The notes: generated by a model from the letters alone, not told the origin. A stretch of DNA of 64,000 nt from Candidatus Bathyarchaeia archaeon (GCA_049512935.1 JBEKWR010000007.1:1-64000), one strand, 5' to 3'; shown: positions 1-10,097, counted from the stretch's first letter. Numbers and translations: made by a program.

Positions 1-1
1 A

Positions 2-391
2 TGCGCGTACGAGCGGACCTTCTACGAGAAGGACACCATGGTAAGCAACATCTTCGGCAGGGAATCTTATCGGCGCCAAATGCAAAGTGAAATCGCCAAG
101 GAAGCGGGCGTAAGCGTAGAATCCGTCATTATCGACGTGCCCACGGTGCCGTCCGTGCCTTACCATCACGCGGTGCTCATGGAGTCCATGGAGATTCCTG
201 TCTTCACGAGAAACCAAGCGGGTGAAAGAACCCTGCAGCGGCTCAGTGATATGTCGAAGATTTTTGAAACGCTCAAGGGCTTCATGAACATTCTTCGGGT
301 GTACACCGACGCCGCAGACCGAGAGAAGGTGGAGAAGGCCACAGCTAAGATATTAGGCAAAATACCCTCTGCGGCGAAAATCTCGTTTTAG
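2..391 (+). CDS. C-terminal part of probable HD-domain phosphohydrolase (dGTPase/SAMHD1-like), 5' truncated by window edge
   Basis: Open frame from base 2 (CAYERTFYEK...). The 'EIAKEAGV..ESVIIDVPTVP ... LRVYT' pattern resembles C-termini of archaeal HD proteins; the HD motif itself is not in the window. Confidence 0.55.
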   Translation, partial: CAYERTFYEKDTMVSNIFGRESYRRQMQSEIAKEAGVSVESVIIDVPTVPSVPYHHAVLMESMEIPVFTRNQAGERTLQRLSDMSKIFETLKGFMNILRVYTDAADREKVEKATAKILGKIPSAAKISF

Positions 392-465
392 CAACTTTTC
401 TTAAATACTAGTTGATGCTAAGAAGGAAAGCAGAAGAACACGGGTGATTGTGGAAGGGACATGCG

Positions 466-981
466 ATGGAGAACAAGTCTGACGACAAGAAAGTCATAAG
501 TGTCAGGATCAAGAGGAAGGCAGAACCGAAAGTTGAGCCAACACTGCTCTTTAGCCAAAACGATGTTCGACGTTACGTGACTGAATTTGTTGCTTCATGG
601 ATAAGAGGGGACATAATTATCCGTTTTCCAACAGCGGCTGAACTGGCCAAGAAGACCCCCTTTAGCATCGCGTTTCCAACCGACCCGTCAGTTAACGCGG
701 AACTGAAAATCAAAGAGCACTACATCGACCTCCTATCCGTCCTCGCAGGAACAAAACCTGCATCCGCGGAAGAGCAGGAAAAAGCAATCGCCGAAGTCTT
801 CAAAATGCTGCTTATGTTCCGCAGCGCAAACCGCATAGAAGGCAAAATCATCTCAAACGACCTGGAAAAAAGAATCCAGGAACTCGAAAAAACCGTGAAA
901 AACCAGGCTAAGCTTGTTGACCAGATAACCGCCCATTTATTCAAGCCCAAGCCTCCGACCAAAAAAGCCCAAGCCAACTGA
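466..981 (+). CDS. hypothetical protein with C-terminal coiled coil
   Basis: ORF 448..981; likely ATG at 466; heptad-like LEKRIQELEKTVKNQAKLV. Confidence 0.7.
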   Translation: MENKSDDKKVISVRIKRKAEPKVEPTLLFSQNDVRRYVTEFVASWIRGDIIIRFPTAAELAKKTPFSIAFPTDPSVNAELKIKEHYIDLLSVLAGTKPASAEEQEKAIAEVFKMLLMFRSANRIEGKIISNDLEKRIQELEKTVKNQAKLVDQITAHLFKPKPPTKKAQAN

Positions 982-1050
982 AGCCGCGTTCTGGAAGGGT
1001 AAGGTTTATTCGAGGGAAAAAGCATTCTGCTTGATGCTTCCAGCAAAAGC

Positions 1051-1128
1051 GCTCCGGTAGTATAGTCCGGCCAAGTATGCCGGCCTTTCGAGTCGGCGAC
1101 CCGGGTCCAAATCCCGGCCGGAGCACCA
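1051..1128 (+). tRNA. tRNA-Glu(TTC), CCA encoded
   Basis: Acceptor GCTCCGG/CCGGAGC, anticodon arm CCGGC-CTTTCGA-GTCGG, T arm CCGGG-TCCAAAT-CCCGG, followed by ACCA. Confidence 0.93.
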
Positions 1129-1196
1129 AGTCCCAACGTTTTTCCCCAGGTTAAGCGTACTGGCAACAAGCGTTTGCCGCTTGAGAAGACGTTTAC

Positions 1197-2555
1197 TCAC
1201 ATCGAAGAAGAAACTATTTCGACGAAATCTCTCGGATACCTGAGCAAAATAAGCAACGACGTTTTATGCAACATAATCCGCCAGAAAGGTACTTCGGCAG
1301 CAAACTGGCTTCCGAACCAAACAATTTTTTCCTTACCCTGGAGAAAACCAGCAAAATCGCTTGGTTTAATCGCATGGTCCACAAGCGTCAAATTCTTAAG
1401 TAATGCTCGCTCCCCCAAGTTAAAGTAATTTACGTTTTCCTTGTCTTCCAACTCAACCCATAGTTGGCTACCAGGATACGGAGTCAAAACGTTGTAACTT
1501 ACGCCATAGAGGAGCTTACGGTGTCTGTTTATCCACGACCATGATTCCTGCATGTCTCTAATAGTTTCTTTTGGAGCGCCAAAAACGAAGCCACCGTCAA
1601 CAGCCAACCCGTATTTATGACAGATGCGTAAAGCCGTTTCCACTTGCTGCAGAGTGACTGTATTGCATTTGAGGTAAGCTAACGTCTTCGGCATGCCACT
1701 TTCAATGCCAAAGAACAGTTGAACGCACCCATTCTCTTTAAGCAGTTTCGCAGTTGAATCATCAATGCTATCAACACGTGACATACAAGCCCAAGACAGC
1801 TTCTGGTTCAAGCCAGACTCCCGCAAAAGATGAATAAAATTTCTCAAACGCTTTTTATTAGCAACGAATTCGTCATCATAAAACCATACAGACCGAGCAT
1901 GGTAACGTTCATAGAGAAACTGCACTTCCTCAAGCACTTTCTCAGCACTTCGATACCTCACCTTTGATGTTCGCGTACTGTTATAGCAGAAAGGACAGCG
2001 GAAATTGCAGCCTCTTGAAGTTATCAATCGCATCATAGGCGCAGAAAGCTTGCCAATCTCTGGCTTCGTATGACCAAGATAGTATTCCATGTCTAAGAGG
2101 TCATAAGCAGGTATTGGCAACTCGTCAAGATTACTAAAAGGCTCGCCTACTACTATTTTCGGAACTTTTTGCCCAGCCTGGTATAACTTCAAAATGTTAA
2201 CCAACGCGATTTCTCCCTCGCCAACAACTACGCAATCAGCGTGGCGAGACGCCTCTTCAGGCAATACAGAAGCATGAACGCCACCAATCACTGTCAAGAC
2301 ACCAGAGTCTTTCAAAGTATCCAAAAGCCGATACGCTGTCTTAGCCTGAGTGGTTGTAGCAGTAACTCCCACCACATCAGGGTTGAATGCGTCAAGTTCA
2401 GCCAAGACGTTTAGGTGGGGCAAGGTTCCGTCGAAAATCCTGACTTGCAAGCCAGATATTTCCTGACGAACATACGCAGCTAAAACTGCTATGTTCAAAG
2501 GGGGCGTAACGTCAAAGTTTTTGCGGTATGTCGGGACCACCAATGCAAGCTTCAT
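1197..2555 (-). CDS. cobalamin-binding (class B) radical SAM protein
   Basis: N-terminal B12-binding motifs (PPLNIAVLAA, VIGGVHAS, VVGEGE) and SRGCNFRCPFC CxxxCxxC; FGIESG. Confidence 0.92.
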   Translation of the reverse strand: MKLALVVPTYRKNFDVTPPLNIAVLAAYVRQEISGLQVRIFDGTLPHLNVLAELDAFNPDVVGVTATTTQAKTAYRLLDTLKDSGVLTVIGGVHASVLPEEASRHADCVVVGEGEIALVNILKLYQAGQKVPKIVVGEPFSNLDELPIPAYDLLDMEYYLGHTKPEIGKLSAPMMRLITSRGCNFRCPFCYNSTRTSKVRYRSAEKVLEEVQFLYERYHARSVWFYDDEFVANKKRLRNFIHLLRESGLNQKLSWACMSRVDSIDDSTAKLLKENGCVQLFFGIESGMPKTLAYLKCNTVTLQQVETALRICHKYGLAVDGGFVFGAPKETIRDMQESWSWINRHRKLLYGVSYNVLTPYPGSQLWVELEDKENVNYFNLGERALLKNLTLVDHAIKPSDFAGFLQGKEKIVWFGSQFAAEVPFWRIMLHKTSLLILLRYPRDFVEIVSSSM

Positions 2556-2790
2556 TTGCTAGCCAACTTTTATAGATGAATAGTCGCTTTCCAAATATAG
2601 TTATCTGCGGTATAACTTCTTTTCCTTGTTTTTTCTCTTGACTGAAAGTTTTTAAGAATGCTACACCAGCCCGATATCTTACATCAAGCGAGTCAGGTTC
2701 CGTCTCTTTTGATCGTGAAGAATCAAGCAACGTCTATTTTCTGAGAAACCTTGTGTAATGATGGCAACCGGTCTTTATGCTATCAACTTT

Positions 2791-2837
2791 CAGCTTTTCG
2801 GGTCGGTGACTCGGGTTCAAATTTCGGCTGGAGCACC
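2791..2837 (+). repeat. degenerate direct copy of tRNA-Glu 3' half (att-like remnant)
   Basis: cagcttttcgggtcggtgactcgggttcaaatttcggctggagcacc aligns without gaps to 1081-1127 at 38/47 positions. Confidence 0.85.
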
Positions 2838-2995
2838 TTGTGATCTTCGCTTTGTTTTACGGGTTTTGCAGGCATATGCATTGGAAATGAACAAACTTAT
2901 ATTTTACTAATGCACAGTTGCCGTCTTTTTCTTTGGGCAAGTTTTAAATCTTTTAGCTTATCCAATAGGAGGCGTAAGAGCGAGGGAGAGGTTGC

Positions 2996-3946
2996 ATGGT
3001 AGATTTAGTGGCTCTGTTTGCGATCGTCGTCGTGTTAATCATAGTCGTTTACGCAATCATCGTGTCTTTGCGCATAATTAGGCCCACGGAGAAAGGCTTG
3101 GTGGAGCGTCTTGGCAGGTACCACAGGTTCGTGCAGGGAGGCATAACGTTCCTTGTGCCGTTCGTTGACCGCATAATAAAAGTCAACATTACCGAACGCA
3201 TGACGCCTGTCCAGCGCCAAGACGTAATCACCAAAGATAAAGTGTTCATGGGCGTGGACGCCGTCGTATTCTACAAGATTAAACCTGATGAAACCTCTGT
3301 GAAGGCTTCCCAGTACAACGTGGCAAACTTCGCCGCGCAAATTGACACTCTCGCTCGAACAGTGCTCAGGGACATCATAGGCGGCATGGATATGGCGATT
3401 GCCAACACTTCCAGACCCGTCATCAACACCAGCCTCAAGACGGCGTTGGACCAGCAGACCGAGAAGTGGGGCATAGAAATCGTTCGGGCAGAAATCAAAG
3501 ATTTGGAGCCGCCGAGAGAACTCATCATATCAATGGAGTCCGTCCTCAAAGCAGACAACGAGAGGCAGGCAGCAGAGAAAACCGCCATAGCCCAAGCAAC
3601 CTTGGCGAGTGGAGAGAAAAACGCTGCGATTCAGGTTGCTGAGGGACAGAAGCAGGCAGCTATTCTTCAAGCTGAAGGTCAGAAGACCGCTACTATCACG
3701 ATCGCTGAGGGAGACGCGCAGGCGACTAAGCTGAGGAATGAAGCTTTGACAACGTACTTCAAAGACAGCGCCGTCGTCTACAAGCAGCTGGACACAATAG
3801 TGTCGTCTCTGCAGAACAACACAAAAATAATCGTTCCCGAAGGCAAAGCAATTTCGCTTATACTCAACGAGCAAGAAAACCTTGCGAAAGCAACCATCAT
3901 CCCCGTGCCGATGCCGCAGCTACAGAGAGACACTAAAAAGATGTGA
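2996..3946 (+). CDS. SPFH/band 7 (stomatin/HflC-like, QmcA) membrane protein
   Basis: N-terminal TM helix, GLVERLGRY, QDVITKD, WGIEIVRAEIKD, AEGQK repeats. Confidence 0.95.
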   Translation: MVDLVALFAIVVVLIIVVYAIIVSLRIIRPTEKGLVERLGRYHRFVQGGITFLVPFVDRIIKVNITERMTPVQRQDVITKDKVFMGVDAVVFYKIKPDETSVKASQYNVANFAAQIDTLARTVLRDIIGGMDMAIANTSRPVINTSLKTALDQQTEKWGIEIVRAEIKDLEPPRELIISMESVLKADNERQAAEKTAIAQATLASGEKNAAIQVAEGQKQAAILQAEGQKTATITIAEGDAQATKLRNEALTTYFKDSAVVYKQLDTIVSSLQNNTKIIVPEGKAISLILNEQENLAKATIIPVPMPQLQRDTKKM

Positions 3947-4247
3947 GAAGCTCAGAAGGATTTTAGAGGCAGCGATCTAAGGGCATTGAAATTTCTTTCT
4001 TTGGAATAAAGTCAACTATTGTTCGTGTTCTTTTGTGGGGTTTTTTCTGGGTTTCCATGCGCGTTTTCCATTTGTCAGTCAAGTTGAGTGTGGGTTTTGA
4101 AGGTTTTTCCGCATATTTCACAAGCTAACCTGCTTGGCTCCAACGTGCGCACGGGCTCTTCATGCAGCGGTGACGCTTTAGGCAGGACAGACCCAGGTTT
4201 GGTTTGTCTAACCTCAGCCATAAAAAACACTTCACGATAAATAATGT

Positions 4248-4886
4248 TTAAGGCTTAACTTGTAGTTTGCTCAAACCCAGTCCCGATTCAGGATCAGTGG
4301 TTTTTGTTTTTCCAAGTATCAGTATCATGGATTTGATCCAGTGGTCGTGCACTTCTTTGCTTGGGAACCCAATGACCAGCTTCGCCAGCGTTCCCATGTA
4401 CAACGCCGTGAAAAGCTCCGATAGCACTCGCGCGTCCACGTCGGTTCTGATGGCGCCTTGTTTCTTTTTTTCCTCCACGAAAGCTTCGACGGCTTCGATG
4501 TCTTTCTGGTATTCTTCGCGGACGATTTGCCTGATTTTCGGGTCGTGGGAAGATAAAGCGATTATTTCGAAGTGTGTATGCAAGTTGCCCTTGTACTTTT
4601 CAGTTATCGCCGTGTACACTTGCTCTAAAACAGCTTCTAAGTTGGTGAACTTGCCTGTTTCCCTCAGGGTGTCTCTTAGCGTTTGGTGACTTTGGAGGCT
4701 GATTTCTTTAAGAATGTCCTCTTTGCTTTCGAAATATGAGTAGAGGGCTCCTTTGCTGACGCCTACTTCTTTTGCGATATCGTCCATCGTGGCTTCGTGG
4801 TAGCCTTTTTGGGCGAAAACTACGCGGGCGGCTTTCACGATTTTGCACCTGGCTTCTTCTTTATATTCTGGAACTACTTTAGGCAT
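4248..4886 (-). CDS. TetR/AcrR family transcriptional regulator
   Basis: GYHEATMDDIAKEVGVSKGALYSYFESKE HTH signature. Confidence 0.95.
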   Translation of the reverse strand: MPKVVPEYKEEARCKIVKAARVVFAQKGYHEATMDDIAKEVGVSKGALYSYFESKEDILKEISLQSHQTLRDTLRETGKFTNLEAVLEQVYTAITEKYKGNLHTHFEIIALSSHDPKIRQIVREEYQKDIEAVEAFVEEKKKQGAIRTDVDARVLSELFTALYMGTLAKLVIGFPSKEVHDHWIKSMILILGKTKTTDPESGLGLSKLQVKP

Positions 4887-4955
4887 CTTTGACCGCCCTA
4901 CAATATTTGCCGTTTGACTTTAAAAGATTCCTATTGGCGACGATAAGTATATTAA

Positions 4956-4971
4956 TTGACTGGTAGTCGGT
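4956..4971. promoter_or_regulatory. putative TetR operator between divergent tetR and MFS genes
   Basis: GACT-GGT-AGTC inverted repeat (4958-4968) just downstream of AT-rich TATATTAA box. Confidence 0.45.
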
Positions 4972-4995
4972 ATCAAAAGAAAGACGTGAAATAAA

Positions 4996-6456
4996 ATGGA
5001 CACGCCCAAAGCAAGCCCAAACACCACAAGAAGTCACATAAGTTACCCCATGAAAGTTCTGCTAACCGTGACCTCAGTCGCGCTGCTAGTAAACTACGTC
5101 GAAACAATGGTTATCCCCGGCATCCCAACCATCCAAGCCCATTTTTCATCCTCAACGACAATCGCCTCGTGGATTACGTCTGCCTTCCTAATCGTCGGAG
5201 CCGCGGTTTCGCCGCTGTTTGGAAAACTCGGTGACATTTACGGCAAGAAAAAGATTTTCCTCACAGTCCTGGTGTTCTACATTGTGGGCGTGGGCTTAGC
5301 TGGGTTCTCAACAAGCATGTACATGCTTATAGCTTCCAGAGCCGTGCAAGGCGTCGGCTTTGCCATAGTCCCATTGGGCTTAGCGATCATCACGGATATT
5401 TTCCCCAAAGAGCGAGTGGCGACTGCACAGGGAATAATCAGCGGAACCTTCGCCATCGGAGCCGCAGCGGGTCTAATCATAGGCGCCTACATCGTGCAAG
5501 ACCTGAGTTGGGAATGGGCTTTCCACACGGCGTTCATCCTAAGCATCGCCCTGTTCCTGCTCGTCGCAGTCATGCTTAAGAAAGATGTGCCCGGCGAGAA
5601 AAGCAAGGTGGACATCACAGGCGCAACAATGCTTATGGCGGGCATAGTTTTAGTGCTACTCTATCTGACTGAAGCCCCCAACTTGGGCTGGCTATCGCTA
5701 GAGAACATTGCGTTCCTTATACCAGGCTTAGCCTTAACCATCGGCTTCTTCGTATTTGAAAACAAACAAACAAGCCCACTTATACAGCTAAAACTGCTAG
5801 AAATCAGGAATGTTCTTGTCGCAAACTTGGTCGGCATACTATCAACCCTGTCGATGTTTCTGCTGTTCTTCGCTGTCATCTACTACGCCCAATACCCTAA
5901 GCCATACGGGTTAGGATTAAGCATAATCAATACGGGATTGACGCTTGCACCAGCCACACTCGTAATGCTAATAGTCGGACCGATTATGGGCAGACTCGTA
6001 ACCAGAATAGGACCAAAACCCATACTTGTCTTAGGCGCATCGGTCAGCATCCTTGGCCTTTTACTGTTCACGTTCTACAGGGGAACCACCCTTGAACTAA
6101 CCGTGGACGTGGCAGTGGCACTCATCGGAGTCGTTTCCCTCATAATTCCCATAGTAAACATGGTTTCGGTGTCAGTGCCTAAAGAAAACACGGCGGTAGG
6201 CTTAGGAATGAACACCATGCTGAGAAACTTGGGAGGCGCAATCGGCCCCGTCCTTGCCACCACAATAATTTCAACCTACTACGACAAAGTAAAGCTGCCT
6301 GTACCGCCATATGCCGTCACGTTCGGGAACAAAACCGCTTTCAACACGATCTTCGCCATAGGCATCGCCTTAATGATAGTGATAATCGCGTTAAGCCTAA
6401 CAGTCAAAAACTACACCTTCCAGAAAAACAACGCCAAAAACTCGAATACGCAATAG
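4996..6456 (+). CDS. MFS transporter, DHA2-like (14 TM) drug/metabolite efflux
   Basis: Motif A GKLGDIYGKK, RAVQGVG, many hydrophobic helices, divergent from TetR. Confidence 0.92.
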   Translation: MDTPKASPNTTRSHISYPMKVLLTVTSVALLVNYVETMVIPGIPTIQAHFSSSTTIASWITSAFLIVGAAVSPLFGKLGDIYGKKKIFLTVLVFYIVGVGLAGFSTSMYMLIASRAVQGVGFAIVPLGLAIITDIFPKERVATAQGIISGTFAIGAAAGLIIGAYIVQDLSWEWAFHTAFILSIALFLLVAVMLKKDVPGEKSKVDITGATMLMAGIVLVLLYLTEAPNLGWLSLENIAFLIPGLALTIGFFVFENKQTSPLIQLKLLEIRNVLVANLVGILSTLSMFLLFFAVIYYAQYPKPYGLGLSIINTGLTLAPATLVMLIVGPIMGRLVTRIGPKPILVLGASVSILGLLLFTFYRGTTLELTVDVAVALIGVVSLIIPIVNMVSVSVPKENTAVGLGMNTMLRNLGGAIGPVLATTIISTYYDKVKLPVPPYAVTFGNKTAFNTIFAIGIALMIVIIALSLTVKNYTFQKNNAKNSNTQ

Positions 6457-6612
6457 AAGAAAATCGATCGGCAATTTTTCCAAAATTCTTTCTTTTTTCT
6501 TCGGTGCCTACCGTTCAGCATAAGCGGGCTGGCTTAACCAAAAAACGCACCCTGCGGGGCACTGCATTTTTAACAAAGTTTTAACACAGAACACAGGAAG
6601 GCGAGTTCGACT

Positions 6613-8145
6613 TTGACAAACAACGTAAATTCACTTTACAAACAACTTTTGGCAAAAACCAAAGACCTTACCGTGCTGATGACGGCTGAAGGCATAATCC
6701 ACTGGGACATGGAAACCATGATGCCGCCTGGAGCGGTGGAGCAGAGAAGCCTGCAGCTGTCCCTTTTAACCCGCATTAATCATCAGATGAGCACTGACCC
6801 CCAAATCGGGAAACTGTTAGCCGCAGTAAAGGCGCACCCCGACTATGAAGCGCTGGGGCAACCCGAGAAACGCAACATTTACCTAACCGACAAAGCCTAC
6901 CGAGAACAAACCAGCCTGCCAGAGGCGCTGGTGGCTGAACTTGCCAAGCAAGAAGCCATAACTGTTAACGTTTGGAAAAAAGCCAAAGCGAAGAAAAACT
7001 TCAGCCTCTTCAAGCCTGACTTGGAAAAGCTGTATGGCTTAAGCAAGGAAGCAGCGGAAATTCTCATGAAGGTCAAAGAAACACAGACGCCTTATGAGGC
7101 TTTGATCGACAATTTTGAACCTAAAATGACCGCATCCAAGATTACGGCGACGTTTGATCGGCTCCAGAGCGGGCTAAAACAGCTGGTAAGCAAGATCCAG
7201 TCTAGCCAGACCAAGCCTGAAACGTCGATGCTCCTTACGCCGGTTCCAGTCGAGAACCAACGCCTAATCGCGCAGCTCTTGACTGAGACGCTTGGGTACG
7301 ACACGGCTTCGCCTGCGGCGCGTGGAAGAATCGATGAGACAGAGCATCCCTTCACCACGGGCTACTACGACGACATCCGCATAACCACGCATTACTACCC
7401 CCAGAACTTCGCGAGCTCAGTCTTCTCGGTGCTTCACGAGAGCGGGCACGCGATTTATGAGCAGAACCTCAACCCGAAATGGAAGTATCAACCAGTCGGG
7501 TCAACCTGCTCATACGGCGTGCACGAGTCACAATCGCGCTTCTACGAAAACGTGGTCGGACGCTCGAAAGAGTTCTGGATGGGCTTCATGCCTAAACTCA
7601 AGAAAGCCGCGCCCAGCCTTGCGAACGTTGAACTGGACAAGTTCATGAAGGCAGTCAACAGGGTTGAGCTTTCGAAGATACGCATCGAAGCCGACGAGGT
7701 AACGTACAACTTGCACGTGATTGTGCGCTTCGAAATTGAAGGAGACCTGTTTGCCGACAAAATCGCGGTCAGCGAGCTTCCGCAGGTTTGGAACCAGAAG
7801 TACGCGGATGTCCTGGGCGTGAAAGTCCAAGATGACTCTGAAGGAGTGATGCAGGACACGCATTGGGCAAGCGGCTTGTACGGTTACTTCCCCAGCTACG
7901 CGCTCGGCAACATTTACAGTGGACAAATAAACGCGGCGGTCACCCGTGACCTGCCAGACTGGCATAGTCAACTTGCAAAGGGGAAACTAAACAAGCTTAA
8001 CGAGTGGCTGAAAAGAAACGTTCACAGCCAAAGCGACCTCTATGATCCTGAGGAACTTATTGAGAAGGCGACTGGGAGAAAACTGGATTCTGCGGCTTAC
8101 CTAAAGTACCTGAACGAGAAATACGGCGACATCTACGGGTTCTGA
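6613..8145 (+). CDS. carboxypeptidase M32 (Taq-type)
   Basis: HPF, DIRITT, HESGHAIYEQ, HESQSRF, IRIEADE, GVMQDTHW, GYFPSYALG motifs. Confidence 0.97.
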   Translation: MTNNVNSLYKQLLAKTKDLTVLMTAEGIIHWDMETMMPPGAVEQRSLQLSLLTRINHQMSTDPQIGKLLAAVKAHPDYEALGQPEKRNIYLTDKAYREQTSLPEALVAELAKQEAITVNVWKKAKAKKNFSLFKPDLEKLYGLSKEAAEILMKVKETQTPYEALIDNFEPKMTASKITATFDRLQSGLKQLVSKIQSSQTKPETSMLLTPVPVENQRLIAQLLTETLGYDTASPAARGRIDETEHPFTTGYYDDIRITTHYYPQNFASSVFSVLHESGHAIYEQNLNPKWKYQPVGSTCSYGVHESQSRFYENVVGRSKEFWMGFMPKLKKAAPSLANVELDKFMKAVNRVELSKIRIEADEVTYNLHVIVRFEIEGDLFADKIAVSELPQVWNQKYADVLGVKVQDDSEGVMQDTHWASGLYGYFPSYALGNIYSGQINAAVTRDLPDWHSQLAKGKLNKLNEWLKRNVHSQSDLYDPEELIEKATGRKLDSAAYLKYLNEKYGDIYGF

Positions 8146-8330
8146 GCGGGCGGCGGAAGCGGCTTAGTGAGTTCCTTATAGGTGTATATTGCTATGTACG
8201 CGACGATTGCGCCTATGAACACGTAAAGCCCTGTGTAACCGACAATCGCGTTGTAGATGTTGGCGCCAACTATGAAAAGCAGAAAGCCGATGATGAAAGC
8301 GCCTAAACATGCCCAGTCAGTCCAAGACAT
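8133..8330 (-). CDS. small two-TM membrane protein
   Basis: 65 aa, two hydrophobic helices, SD-like GTGAGG upstream. Confidence 0.7.
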   Translation of the reverse strand: MSWTDWACLGAFIIGFLLFIVGANIYNAIVGYTGLYVFIGAIVAYIAIYTYKELTKPLPPPAQNP

Positions 8331-8489
8331 CAGATTGCCTCACAGGTTGCATTCAATAAATCTTCAAGGTATATAGATTTACCGATGAAGCCGCCTGCAA
8401 AGAGAAACCGCTACCCCTGAATAAAAAAACTTTAAACGATGAGAAACCGCTAAAACCGCCCCGACAACCTCGAATATTTTTCGAAGTCT

Positions 8490-8549
8490 CCGACATTTTT
8501 ATATATTAGGCAGTACACAGGAGAGCCCTGAGGGTAAATTAAATGTCGG
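8490..8549. promoter_or_regulatory. fae-hps promoter with 9-bp inverted repeat flanking TATA box
   Basis: CCGACATTT (8490-8498) / AAATGTCGG (8541-8549) bracket TTTATATA; extra CCGACA at 8461; GAGAAACCGCTA direct repeat at 8402 and 8441. Confidence 0.4.
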
Positions 8550-9985
8550 GAGCAGATGTTAAAAAGCCAATAACTAGGGAAGAATTTGTTAAAGTGTTGA
8601 CGGAAGCAGCGAAAAAAGAGGCTGACTTAAAAAATAAGCCGACAAAACCGACAATAGTCGGAACGGCGAAGGAAATGGACATTCACAGAGACACCCTTTA
8701 CAGTTGGCTAAAGGAGTTCGGTGTCGATTTTAAAGAAATAACTGACCACATGCCGACAGTAGCTGCAGACGTCCCAGAGGAAAAGTCGGGAAGCACCTAC
8801 TTAATCGGCGAATCCTTAGTTGGAGAGGGCAACGAGGTCGCGCACATTGACCTTATGATCGGCGACAAGGACGGCCCAGTTGGCCAAGCGTTCGCTAACG
8901 GCATGACGAGCTTGTCAGCAGGTCACACTCCATTGTTGGCTGTCATCAGACCCAATTTGCCGCCTAAACCCCACACGCTGATAGTGCCCAAAGTAACGGT
9001 CAAGAACATGGAGGACACGGGAAAGATTTTTGGTCCCGCGCAGGCGGCGGTTGCCAAAGCCATCGCTGATTCTGCAGAGGAGGGAATCATCCCAGCCGAC
9101 AAGCTTGACAGTTGGGTCATAATCTGCAGCGTCTTCATCCATCCGCAAGCAGCCGATTACCGAAGGATTTACCAGTACAATTACGGCGCAACGAAAATGG
9201 CGCTTCAACGGGCTCTAAAGAACTACCCGTCGCTTGAAAAGATCATCTACGAGAAGGACCGCTCAAAGCACCCAATCATGGGCTTCAAGGTTCCGCGCCT
9301 GTGGAGACCACCATACCTACAAATTGCACTTGACGCGCCCTCACTTGAAGCGGCAAAGAAGGTTCTTGAACAACTGCCAGGAAGCGACAGAATCATCATT
9401 GAAGCCGGAACCCCACTGATCAAACGCTACGGCACAAAAGTGATCAGCGAGCTACGGCAAACAGCCAAAGAAAAATTCATAATAGCAGACCTCAAAACGC
9501 TTGACGTAGGCAAAGTTGAAGTAGACATCGCATACGAAGACACGGCAGACGCAGTTGTCGCGGCAGGCTTAGCACCCCCAGAGACCCTTGACGCAACCGT
9601 TTCAGAAGCCAAACGCATGGGAATCTACTCGGTCATCGACATGCTAAACGTGGAAGACGCCCTTGCAAAGCTAAAATCACTTAAAGACCTGCCAGACATC
9701 GTCATCCTTCACAGAGGCATTGACCAGGAAAGCGGCAGAACCTGCGGATTAGAACGCATAAAAATGATACGCGCGGCCTTCCCAAACAAGAAATACTTAA
9801 TCGCAGTTGCAGGCGGAATCGTTCCGGAAACAGCTAAAGAAGCCTTAGAGCAGGGCGCTGACATCCTAATCGTCGGAAGATACGTGACACAGTCAAAAGA
9901 CATTGAACGTTCAGTCAGAGACTTCCTTGAACTGACACCAGCCATGCGCGAAGACATCGACCTCTACAGAGTCCACACAGAATAA
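8543..9985 (+). CDS. fae-hps: bifunctional formaldehyde-activating enzyme / 3-hexulose-6-phosphate synthase with N-terminal HTH
   Basis: Fae: GESLVGEGNEVAHIDLMIG, GHTPLLAVIRPN, FGPAQAAVAKA. HPS: LQIALD, IEAGTPLIK, ADLKTLDVG, HRGID, VAGG, VGR. Confidence 0.95.
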   Translation: MSGADVKKPITREEFVKVLTEAAKKEADLKNKPTKPTIVGTAKEMDIHRDTLYSWLKEFGVDFKEITDHMPTVAADVPEEKSGSTYLIGESLVGEGNEVAHIDLMIGDKDGPVGQAFANGMTSLSAGHTPLLAVIRPNLPPKPHTLIVPKVTVKNMEDTGKIFGPAQAAVAKAIADSAEEGIIPADKLDSWVIICSVFIHPQAADYRRIYQYNYGATKMALQRALKNYPSLEKIIYEKDRSKHPIMGFKVPRLWRPPYLQIALDAPSLEAAKKVLEQLPGSDRIIIEAGTPLIKRYGTKVISELRQTAKEKFIIADLKTLDVGKVEVDIAYEDTADAVVAAGLAPPETLDATVSEAKRMGIYSVIDMLNVEDALAKLKSLKDLPDIVILHRGIDQESGRTCGLERIKMIRAAFPNKKYLIAVAGGIVPETAKEALEQGADILIVGRYVTQSKDIERSVRDFLELTPAMREDIDLYRVHTE

Positions 9986-10097
9986 AACCGAACAAAAAAC
10001 CAACCAACTTTTTTTCTTTTGGTTATCTTTTAATACGCTTGGCTAAGAAGAGGGAAAGCTGGGCTGCTGCTTGTCGGTGCTGTCTGCTAGCGGATAT

